Positions 30,300-39,911 of a DNA stretch of 64,000 nucleotides are shown here, piece by piece. The stretch lies in contig CAWDXE010000007.1 in the NCBI GenBank assembly GCA_963806185.1, positions 448,001 to 512,000 on the forward strand, written 5' to 3'. The position numbers and the translations under genes are program-made. Positions within the stretch are counted from its first letter, which is position 1. Each line of letters begins with the position of its first letter. The DNA comes from an uncultured candidate division Zixibacteria bacterium. GTDB taxonomy: Bacteria > Zixibacteria > MSB-5A5 > GN15 > FEB-12. The notes beneath the pieces were generated by a model, which did not search any database, was not told the origin of the DNA, and saw nothing but the letters and a program-made list of their open reading frames with translations.

Positions 30300-30785
30300 T
30301 GGGGTTGCGTGGGGCCACGTGCCTCGAAGAGTTGGCGCGGGGGTTGACGCAACCGGGGTAATAGAACGTCAGGATCACCCGCTAAGAAGCGGGGATCCTG
30401 ACCTACAAGCGAAGACTCACCCTTCGACTTGCGCTCAGGGTGACGCTGCGCGACGTCGAAGGCCAATGTGTCAGGTCGAAACCACAAGGGTTTCGACCTA
30501 CGAGAAGAGAACTGAAAGATCGCCACGGCTCGAAGCGAGCCTCGCGATGACGTGGGTGGGAAGGGTGAGCCTCGCGATGACTCTGGATGAGGACGTCGGA
30601 AGCGCAGCATGCGAATGATTGTTCGGCGAACGATGTTAGTTCTGAGATTGCTTCGTCGCTAAGCTCCTCGCAATGAGTAGCTTGACGCGTCGCACAAGAC
30701 CTTAGGTCAGGTTCGCGGGGAGCCTGACCTGCGATTCTCGCTCCGGAACCCGACCCTTCCCGGAAGCGGCGTTCAGGATGACCAA
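30300..30785. repeat. Dense REP-like palindrome cluster
   Basis: GTCAGGATC...GATCCTGAC-CTAC; CCCTTCGACTTGCGCTCAGGGTGAC; AGGTCGAAACC...GGTTTCGACCT-AC; GCCACGGCTCGAAGCG (shared with about 26197); GAGATTGCTTCG...CTCGCAATGA; CTCGCTCCGGAACCCGACC (shared with 26161). Confidence 0.75.
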
Positions 30786-30900
30786 CGGGGGAGCAAGAGC
30801 GATATTCGAGCGACTTGCTGTAACGGCCAAAAATGCAGATACTTGGTGTTGGCGGGAATGAATCCGGCCGATAACTAGAAGAACTGATAGTCTATTAGCT

Positions 30901-33375
30901 ATGATAGTGCAAAGCCAACATCCGCTCGAGCTGGTCTCCACAGATTCGCCGCAAGTCTATCCAGTACTTCCACTTATGACCGGAGTACTATTCCCCGGCA
31001 TGATGGTCACGGTACAGGTCGGCCGGCCGGAGAATCTGAAATTGATCGAGAAATTCGCCGACGGGAAGGGGCAGTTTGTCGCCACCTTCTCCCATGTCGA
31101 AATGGAGACCCCCGGTCCTCAGCCGATTCATCAGGTCGGTGTCTTCGCGCGGATTCACGCCATCAAAGACGGCATCGGCAATGCCCGCATGGTGACGCTG
31201 GAGGGGCTCGGTCGGGTCGCCCTGCTCGCGGTGGTCGGCCAGCAGCCATATTTATCGGCGACCGTTTCGCCGCTGGAAACACCGCCGTTAGAGTCGCGCC
31301 TGATACGGGGGCGGATCGACGAAGTGATGAACATCGTGGGCGAGATTGCGCATCTGGATCCGATGTATTCGCCCGAGATTTCAAACGTCCTCCGGCTCGA
31401 CATGGACACGCCGTCGCTCTTCGCCGACCGGGTAGCCTCGATGTTTCACTTCTCGCTCGGGGCCAAGCAGGAGATTCTGGAGACAGTCAAGCTCGAGACG
31501 CGTTTCGACGTTCTGCTCGGGCATCTAAACCAGGAATTGAGTCGAGCGGCCACGATACTCTCGATCAACGAAAACGCGAAGAAGCGGATCGAGGACGAGC
31601 AGAGGCGGTATTTCCTTCGTCAGCAGTTGCATGAGATCCGCAAAGAGCTGGGCGAGGAATTGGTCGAGGAGCGGGAAGCCACGCGGTTGCGGGCGTTTGT
31701 CAAGAACTCGCCGAATCTGCCGCCGGACGTCTCGGCGCGGGCGAGGATAGAAATCGATCGATTGGGTCAGTTGTCGCCGGCGTCGGCTGAGTACAGCATG
31801 ACCAAAAGCTATCTCGACTGGTTATTGAATATGCCGTGGGGCAAGACCACGTCGGATGATTACGATATCAAAGAAGCGCAGACGATCATCGACGAGCAGT
31901 ATTACGGGCCGACGACGCTCAAGGAGCAGATTCTTCAGCGACTGACCGTGCGTAAGATCATGCGGGGAGTGGACGACGGCGGAACGCTTTGTCTGGTCGG
32001 CGCGCCGGGGACGGGGAAGGCCTCATTGGCCAAGGCGATTGCCAAGGCGATGGGGAAGGAATTTGCGCGGATTTCGGTGGGCGGGATATCGGACGTCGCG
32101 GAAATCAAGGGAACGAGCCGGACATTTCTCGGCGCCTATCCGGGAAAGATCGTGCGGACATTGCGTGAACTGGGGACGACTGACCCGTTGATACTGATCG
32201 AAGACATAGATTATTTCAATATCGATAACGATTCGTCGGTGAATATGGCATTGCTGGAGGTGATCGATTCGCGGAAGAACCCGCGGTTCATGGATCAGTA
32301 CATCGGTGTGCCGTTTGATCTGAGCAAGGTATTCTTCATTTGCTCGGTCCGTTCGTACGAGGAGTTGCCGGAGCAGTTTGTGCCCCGCCTGGAGATTATC
32401 GAGGTGCCGGGGTATATCGAAAAAGAAAAGATTGAGATCGCCAAGAAGTACATCATCCCGGAGATGCTGAAGAAGCACGAGCTGACCCGCAGGGAATTTC
32501 GCATCTCAGACGCCATGCTGGCGAAGATTATCAGCAGTTACACGCAGGAAGCGGGACTGCTCGGATTTTCCCAGCAGATGGATCGGATCTTCCGACGGAT
32601 AGCGCTGCAGAAGGCGGAGAAGGCCAAAGCGGTGTGGGTGATCAACGAGAAGAACATCGACTCGTTCCTCGGGACGCCGCCGTTCATTCCGGAGAAGGCG
32701 GAGACGAAGCCGGAGATCGGCAATGCGGCTGGGCTGGCCTGGACGGGCGCGGGCGGCGAGCTGATGTTCATCGAGGGGATCAAGATGAAGGGGGATGGGC
32801 AAATCATCACGACCGGCTCACTGGGCGAGGTGATGCGGGAGTCGATTCAGGCCGCGCATTCGTATGTGCGGTCGAAGGCGGATATGCTGGGAATAGATCC
32901 GGACGATTTCCGTCAGTTCGATATACACATTCATTTTCCGTCGGGGGCGATTCCAAAAGATGGACCGTCGGCAGGTATCACTGTCTGTCTGGTGATTGCG
33001 TCGGTGATGAGCGAACGGCCGATTCGCAATGACATGGCGATGACCGGCGAGGTGACATTGCGCGGCAAGGTACTGCCGGTGGGTGGGACGAAAGAGAAGG
33101 TATCGGCGGCATATCGGGCGGGGATATTTACGGTCGTGTTACCGAAAGAGAACGAGAAAGACGTCAAAGACTTGCCGAAAGAGATCGTAAAGAAGACCAA
33201 GTTCCATTTCATTGAACGAGTGGATGAGCTTTTCCGACTGTGTTTGTTGGATGTCACACCTTCGACGCACACGTTGCAGAAGATATTTTCAGATGAGTTG
33301 GCCCGGGTGCGGCGGAAGCGTCGCAACGGCCGCCGGACGCCGGCCAAAGCGGCGCAGCCCAAGCGTCGGCGCTGA
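30901..33375 (+). CDS. lon: Lon (endopeptidase La) paralogue with degenerate AAA+ motifs
   Basis: LON_N-AAA-Lon_C architecture; GLAWT..GG, HIHFPSGAIPKDGPSAG, AMTGE.TLRG.VLPVGG.KEK; Walker A GKAS, Walker B IEDIDY. Confidence 0.9.
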   Translation: MIVQSQHPLELVSTDSPQVYPVLPLMTGVLFPGMMVTVQVGRPENLKLIEKFADGKGQFVATFSHVEMETPGPQPIHQVGVFARIHAIKDGIGNARMVTLEGLGRVALLAVVGQQPYLSATVSPLETPPLESRLIRGRIDEVMNIVGEIAHLDPMYSPEISNVLRLDMDTPSLFADRVASMFHFSLGAKQEILETVKLETRFDVLLGHLNQELSRAATILSINENAKKRIEDEQRRYFLRQQLHEIRKELGEELVEEREATRLRAFVKNSPNLPPDVSARARIEIDRLGQLSPASAEYSMTKSYLDWLLNMPWGKTTSDDYDIKEAQTIIDEQYYGPTTLKEQILQRLTVRKIMRGVDDGGTLCLVGAPGTGKASLAKAIAKAMGKEFARISVGGISDVAEIKGTSRTFLGAYPGKIVRTLRELGTTDPLILIEDIDYFNIDNDSSVNMALLEVIDSRKNPRFMDQYIGVPFDLSKVFFICSVRSYEELPEQFVPRLEIIEVPGYIEKEKIEIAKKYIIPEMLKKHELTRREFRISDAMLAKIISSYTQEAGLLGFSQQMDRIFRRIALQKAEKAKAVWVINEKNIDSFLGTPPFIPEKAETKPEIGNAAGLAWTGAGGELMFIEGIKMKGDGQIITTGSLGEVMRESIQAAHSYVRSKADMLGIDPDDFRQFDIHIHFPSGAIPKDGPSAGITVCLVIASVMSERPIRNDMAMTGEVTLRGKVLPVGGTKEKVSAAYRAGIFTVVLPKENEKDVKDLPKEIVKKTKFHFIERVDELFRLCLLDVTPSTHTLQKIFSDELARVRRKRRNGRRTPAKAAQPKRRR

Positions 33376-33422
33376 TTGGCACAATAATCTTCACTTCCTC
33401 TACCTCCTTGCACAATTATGAC

Positions 33423-33452
33423 TTGACACACCCGACCAGTGTGGTCTATATT
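33423..33452 (+). promoter_or_regulatory. Putative sigma70 promoter
   Basis: TTGACA-N18-TATATT with a GACCA-GTG-TGGTC palindrome in the spacer. Confidence 0.45.
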
Positions 33453-33644
33453 TTTTGCGAGGACGAAATCTACTATTAGGTAGTGATTTATCAGATACAT
33501 TCCTTTTACCGATTTGGGGTATTGATCCCCAGGTCAGTCGGCACGCCCGGTATTCCGCAGGTGTGCGGCGGCATCGGCGAATCGACACTATACAAAAGAG
33601 CAATTTAGTAGCAGCGTAGTCACCTACTTGCATGGAGGCGTGAC

Positions 33645-35995
33645 ATGAAGCGATTCCGACTTACCCTCGCGTCGGTTTCTCTGGTATTGGCACTGTTCGC
33701 AAGTGCCAACGCCCAGTTCACCCAGAATGAGTTTGATTATGGCGCGGCGGATACGGTGGAGATGGTCTTTTCCGTTACACCGGTTGCCGCGACGAATCAG
33801 TTAAAGGTCCGAATGGACCTATGGGTGTTCAACGATTCAAACAACATCGTGGGATCGACCGTCGGGTTCAAATGGACGAATGCGAATCTGAACATGGACA
33901 GCGCCAGGTTCACGACGTTGACGTTTGACGCGTACAATCTGGTCCGCTCAGTGTATGAGGGTCAGAACATCAACACGACGAATGCAAATGATCGGTTTCT
34001 GTTTGCCGGAGCGCGAACGGAAGGGGACGGCGTTGTGTTCGGGCCGGCGCGGCGGCATTGGGCATCGTACTGGTTCACGCTTTCCAGCTGGACGACTCAG
34101 GACTCGATCATCCTTGACACGCTGCAGTACAATGGCGGCACGGTTTACAAATTTGTCGACCCGGTGAACCATCAGTACAAACCGTACTGGAAGGGCCGGA
34201 AGGTGATACACGATCCAGGGTACGTGCCGCCGGCGAACATCCTGTTGTCGAAGGACACCGTGTTCTTCGTGCGACGGTGGGTCTGCCGGCGCCGCCGGCG
34301 CAGCAGGTGCAGATTACTTCGGATGCGGATGATTTCGCGGTGAATCTGATCGAGAACACGTCGTGGCTTCTAAAGAGCCCGACCACGGGGACGACGCCGA
34401 TAACGGCGCAGGTTTCCGTCAATACGACGGCGATGGTCGCCGGCGTGTACTTCGACTCCATCCGTGTGGAATCAGCGACGGCGCTGAATTCGCCGCAGTT
34501 TATATTTGTCCGACTTGATCTTGCTCCGCCGTTGCCGAGAATAAAGGCGACGCCGACGGCGCTCTTTTTCAATGCCGTTGCCGGCGGAGCCAATCCTGCC
34601 CCGCAGACGTTGAAGATAACCAATATCGGCGGTGGTACGCTGAACTGGGCGGTGACTAAAGCGGAATCGTGGCTGAGTCTGGTACCGACCTCCGGCGTGG
34701 ACAGCGGCGGCGTGGCGGTGTCTTGCGACATCACCGGGCTGCCCATCGGTACGGTGATGGATACGATCGTGGTGAGTGATCCAGCGGCTCTCAACAATCC
34801 GGTCAAGGTGCCGGTGAAGCTCACGCTGGGTTCAAATCTGCCGATGATCGAGGCGGTTCACCCGGTGAATCATTACATCCTTGATTTTGACACGGTTGGT
34901 ATCATCTTTAGCCGTACGTTCATGATCAAGAATTCGGGAATCGGGACTCTGGATTACACGGTGACCGAGAGTTCATCGCGGATTCAGCATATCACGCCTT
35001 CGACGGGCACGGCACCCCAGACGGTAACGGTAGAGTACAAAATAGCGACCGCTTTTGACGGCGCTGATTACTGGGACACGGTGATCGTCACCTCACCGCA
35101 GGCGGTGAATTCACCGTATCCGGTCGTACTTCACCTTCATTATGTGAGCGAGCCGGCTGTTCTCTTTGCCCCGGCCGATACGGTCACGCTCAATATCTTC
35201 GAATGCCAGCAGGGAGACGGGAAACTCCCGCAAGTGGTAAATCTTCCGATCATGAACATCGGGGGAGACGATCCGGTGAATGTATCGGTGACTACCGGAA
35301 CGACGTATTATGATTACGAATTGATAAGCAGTGAACTTCCGACGCAGGTCAGGTTCACGCCCAAGGAGTTGGGACTTCCGCTCGGGACATATCTCGACAG
35401 CATGTTTATCACCGCCGATAATGCGATCAATTCGCCGAAGAAGGTAATGGTCAAATACAAAGTCAATCCCGCGTCGCAGACGCCGCAGTTGCTGGTGAAC
35501 CGCACGTATCTTACGGTTCCGTACCAAGAGGAATCGGGTCCCGCGAATACAGCCGGCTTCAGCGTCAACAACAAGTACGGCGGGTGTATGTCGTGGTTTA
35601 CGGAAGAAGACATTCCCTGGATGATTCCGGTCGCCGACTCCGGTCAGGTGCCGGGGGAGTGGGATTTCGTGACGGATGCGCCTGGCTATGTCCTCGGGCA
35701 ATACTACGACACGATCTATGTTCATGCGCCGGGAGCGTCGAATCCAACGATTCCGATTCCGGTCGCGCTGCTGGTGTGGCGGTTCCATGGCGACTGGAAT
35801 TATGACGGCAGTCTGGACATTGTCGATGTAACGATGATGATATCATATATGTATCTCCTTACCGGCCCAGTAGCACAGCCGACGATTCTGGTCGGGGACT
35901 GCAATTGCGACGATCACATTGACGTTGTCGATGTGACCTGGTTGATCAATTACCTCTTCAATGAGGGGCCGATTCCGTGCGGTAATCCGTACTGA
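33645..35995 (+). CDS. Secreted non-catalytic protein: cohesin-like N-domain, several BACON/Ig-like domains, C-terminal dockerin (frameshift near 34270)
   Basis: GGAGG SD and signal peptide; repeats 'Q.L.ITN.GGG.L.W......WL...P.SG' and 'G.Y.D.I.V....A.NSP'; dockerin GDWNYDGSLDIVD...GDCNCDDHIDVVD; ORFs 33645 and 34277 join if one base is added. Confidence 0.78.
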
Positions 35996-36017
35996 GGTTG
36001 AGTAAAGATTCGCCTGG

Positions 36018-36051
36018 AGACGCCGTTACAGACTGTAACGGCGTCTTTTTT
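36018..36051 (+). terminator. Intrinsic terminator
   Basis: AGACGCCGTTACA-GAC-TGTAACGGCGTCT followed by TTTTT. Confidence 0.88.
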
Positions 36052-36190
36052 GTCGGAGTTGGCTGACAAAGCGTCTTGACAGATCGGGGCAAAAGGGTAT
36101 CTTGATACAGAGAGTTACAGGTATTCAGTTTTGGTCCCACCGGGGCAACCAAGTTGTTCTCGCCGTTGAACTTACCACAGGAGGTAGGCT

Positions 36191-38446
36191 GTGAGCCACC
36201 GCACACGTTTTGTTTCCGCAATCCTCACCTTGTTAACAGTTGTTTCGTCGTTTTCGATGCTTTTGGCCAACGACGCAGTTCTGAGCGAAGATCGGGACTG
36301 GTCCGATGCCACGCCGACCGAAATTCACCAAAAGATGGGAGCCGACAAGGCTCGAGCGCTTTCGGCGGCTCGGGAGGCGCGTCAATTTGTACCGGTCGGG
36401 GCCCTGGCCAATGCCGCCAATTATGACGTCAAGATGTACGACATCAACATCAGGGTGAACGACACGACGGAGGTTCTCTATGGTCGTGTCGGGTTCGTTG
36501 TGGAACGGAACGCAAGCGGGCGTGACGACCGTGCAATTTGATCTTTGGAGCAATCTGACGGTCGATAGTGTCACGTCGAATGGTTCGACGCTGGGCTTTC
36601 ACGCAACGGCAACGTGGTGACGGCGACGCTTGGGCAGACCTACAATCAGGGCGACGGGTTCCGGTTCGACGTGTATTATCATGGGCATCCGGTGGAGGGC
36701 GGTTTCCAGGCGTTTTCGTTTGATGTCCGCAATGGGAACAAGGTGATGGCCAGCCTGTCCGAGCCGTATTACGCGCCGACCTGGTGGCCGTGCAAGGAAT
36801 CGACGGTCGATAAGGCGGACTCGTTTGATATCGCGATAGAGGTGGACACGGCGTTCTACTGCGGGTCGAACGGAAAGTTGGTGGCGACAACGCCGAACGG
36901 TGGAAATTCCCACACATTTCACTACACCGTGCGTTACCCGATGGTGACGTATTTGTTTTCGGTTGCCATCTCGAAGTATACGGTCTGGAATGATAAGTGG
37001 GTATACAACGGCGGTCTGGACACGATGCTGATTACGAACGCCGTCTATCCGGCGTCATACGCGGGGTCGCTGGCAAATTACAGTCTGACGCCGTCGATGC
37101 TCACCTACCTGTCGCAGGCATTCGGGCAATATCCGTATGTGAATGAGAAGTATGGTCACAGCCATTTCGAATGGGGCGGCGGGATGGAACACCAGACCAT
37201 GACCTCCATGGTGGGGTATTCGTCGTTTGGCTGGAACGAAAATGTGATCGTGCATGAGATGGGGCACCAGTGGTGGGGTGACATGATCACGTGTGCCGGC
37301 TGGCCGCATATTTGGCTGAATGAAGGATGGGCGTCGTACGCCGAGGCCTGGTATCACCAGTTGAAGGACGGGTGGCCGACGTATTTTACGTACATGAATT
37401 CGATGAATTTCACCGGTGGCGGCACGATATATCAGTACGACACGACGAATGTGAACACGCTGTTCGGGACGATCGTGTACGACAAGGGTGCCTGGGTGCT
37501 GCACATGTTGCGCGGTGTTCTGGGCGAGACCAAGTGGCGGCAGGCGGTGGATGCCTGGTACAGTTCGCCGTACAAATTCGGCTCGGCCACGACCGAGCAA
37601 TTCCGGGACGTAGTGGAGCAAGCGACCGGAGAGGAGTTGGACTGGTTTTTCCAGGAGTGGATATACGGGACCTACCGGCCCGACTACACCTACATGTCCT
37701 ATACGGAAGCGGCGGGCGGCGGCAAGTACAATCTCTACGTGGTGATTCGCCAGACGCATATGACCAGCCCGCTCGTGTTCACGATGCCGATCGACATTTT
37801 CGTGAATTACACGACGCTGCCGGATGATACCGTCATCGTGTTCAACAATGCCCGCCAGCAGTTCTTCAAATTCCAGCTCAATGGAGCGGTCTCGAGTATC
37901 GATCTCGATCCGGCGGGGTGGATCCTGAAGAACAAAGGCAGTGCCGCCTGGGAGTTGTTCCTGGTGACGCTGCCGTCGGAGGTGAAATCGGGCGAGGTAG
38001 GGATGGCGTACAATGACACGATCGGCTATCGCGGGGGATCGGCCAGCGGGCAGACGCTGACGATGCCGCAGGGGAGTCTGCCTCCGGGGCTTGGCATAAC
38101 GAACAAAGGTGTCATTACGGGGACGCCGACGACCGAAGGCACGTACAATTTCATGGTCAAGGTCAAGGATAACCTGGTCAACACATGGACTGACTCGGCG
38201 AACTACTCGATCACGATCGCGCCGTTCGCCGGGGTGCCGGGCGACGTCAATCATCTCGACAACAACGTGGACATAGCCGATCTGACGCTGCTGATCGAGA
38301 ACCTGTTCATCACGTTCACGCCGCTGCCGGTTCCCAAGCTGGCGGACGTGGACAACAATTGCAGTATTGACATCAACGACCTGACGGCCCTGATCAGTTT
38401 CCTGTTCCTGTCGGGACCGGATCTGGTGATGGGGTGCGCGGAGTAG
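36191..38446 (+). CDS. Secreted M1-family aminopeptidase with a putative Ig (He_PIG) domain and a C-terminal dockerin (two compensating indels near 36506 and 36600)
   Basis: GGMEH, HEMGHQWWG...WLNEGWA, YDKGAWVLHMLR; 'GSLPPGL....GVITGTPT..G.Y.F'; dockerin; TTGACA-N16-TATCTT upstream. Confidence 0.9.
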
Positions 38447-38472
38447 CGTACATTGCACTTGAGAAGATCGCG

Positions 38473-38497
38473 ACGGGCCCCCTGAGGGGCCCGTTTT
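38473..38497 (+). terminator. Intrinsic terminator
   Basis: ACGGGCCCC-CTGA-GGGGCCCGT followed by TTT. Confidence 0.75.
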
Positions 38498-38588
38498 GCT
38501 GTCCGGGATTTTAGTTGCGTTTGAAGACCAAAACGATACATTGAATCACTCGTCCGGGCGGACAGTGTACCAACCAACAGGACGCGCC

Positions 38589-39908
38589 ATGGCAAAAGAA
38601 CGACCGATCGAAACCTTTCATGTGACCAGTTATGGCTGCCAGATGAATCTGGCGGATTCGTCAACGCTGACCTCCACGCTCGTGACGCGAGGGTATCGCC
38701 GAGTTGACGATGAAGCCGAGGCGGATCTGATCGTGCTGAACACCTGTTCGGTGCGGGAAAAGGCCGAGGAACGGGTTTTCGGTCGGCTGGGTGAGCTGTA
38801 CAAGTATAAGCGGGCGAAACCGCATATGAAAATTGCCGTGGTCGGGTGTATGGCGCAGCGGCTGGCGGATGATCTGGTAAAGCGGGTGCCACACGTCGAC
38901 TTCGTGCTTGGCACTGACCGGTTGTTTGAGCTGCCGGATGCGCTCGAGGGGATCGAGGGGACTTCATCGGTTATGACGGCGTTCGGCCACGAAAACATGG
39001 ATATGATCCAGCCGATCAAGGAAACGCCGTATTCCGGGTTCATCACCATTTCGCGCGGATGCGACAACTACTGTACCTATTGTATCGTGCCGTACGTTCG
39101 GGGGCAGGAGCGCTCTCATGACGCCGAATATATCGTCGATTCGGTCAGGAAGATGGTGGATGAAGGGGTGGTGGAGATTACGCTGCTGGGTCAGAATGTG
39201 AACAGCTACACGTCGGGGGAGACTGATTTTCCGCGGCTGCTGGAACGGGTGGTGGGTGAGACGGGCATACGGCGGGTGCGTTTTATGACGTCGCATCCCA
39301 AGGATTTATCCCGGCGGCTGGTGGACGTTATGGCGGCCGAACCGAAGATCATGCCGCACGTGCATCTTCCGCTGCAGTGCGGTTCCAATCGGGTGCTGAA
39401 GATGATGGGGCGGATCTACACGGTAGAGCATTACCTGAAGATCATCGATTACATTCGCACCAAACTGGCCTATGCTTCGATCACGACCGATCTGATTGTC
39501 GGATTTCCTAGTGAGACGGAAGAGGAATTTGAGCAGACGCTGGATGCGGTTCGACAGGTGCAGTACGATTCGGCGTTTATGTTCCGCTATTCGGTGCGAC
39601 CGGGGACAACGGCGGCCAAGTACGACGATGATGTGCCCGAGGCAGACAAGATTCGTCGCTTGAACAAACTGATCAAGATGCAGCAAGAGATTTCGTATGA
39701 GCGCAATCAGCGCGAAGTCGGCGGAACGCGGATGGGGCTGGTGGAGGGTGAGTCACGCCGCTCGAGCGCCAAACTTCGGGCGCGGACGGAAGGCAACAAG
39801 ACAGTCGTCTTTGACGGTGGCGGGATGCCGGCGGGGTCGCTGGTGCCGATCAGGATAACGGCGGCGGACGCGTTCACGCTGCACGGGGAAGTGGAGCGGG
39901 GAAACTGA
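38589..39908 (+). CDS. miaB: tRNA-2-methylthio-N6-dimethylallyladenosine synthase MiaB
   Basis: YGCQMN..DS, NTCSVREKAE, CDNYCTYCIVPYVRG radical-SAM motif, TSHPKD, C-terminal TRAM domain. Confidence 0.95.
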   Translation: MAKERPIETFHVTSYGCQMNLADSSTLTSTLVTRGYRRVDDEAEADLIVLNTCSVREKAEERVFGRLGELYKYKRAKPHMKIAVVGCMAQRLADDLVKRVPHVDFVLGTDRLFELPDALEGIEGTSSVMTAFGHENMDMIQPIKETPYSGFITISRGCDNYCTYCIVPYVRGQERSHDAEYIVDSVRKMVDEGVVEITLLGQNVNSYTSGETDFPRLLERVVGETGIRRVRFMTSHPKDLSRRLVDVMAAEPKIMPHVHLPLQCGSNRVLKMMGRIYTVEHYLKIIDYIRTKLAYASITTDLIVGFPSETEEEFEQTLDAVRQVQYDSAFMFRYSVRPGTTAAKYDDDVPEADKIRRLNKLIKMQQEISYERNQREVGGTRMGLVEGESRRSSAKLRARTEGNKTVVFDGGGMPAGSLVPIRITAADAFTLHGEVERGN

Positions 39909-39911
39909 CCG

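Noticed and set aside
14836..38458. Other long minus-strand ORFs (14836..16077, 27411..28259, 37055..38458 and similar)
   Set aside because: They lie antisense to well-supported genes and have the Arg/His/Pro-rich composition typical of off-frame translation.
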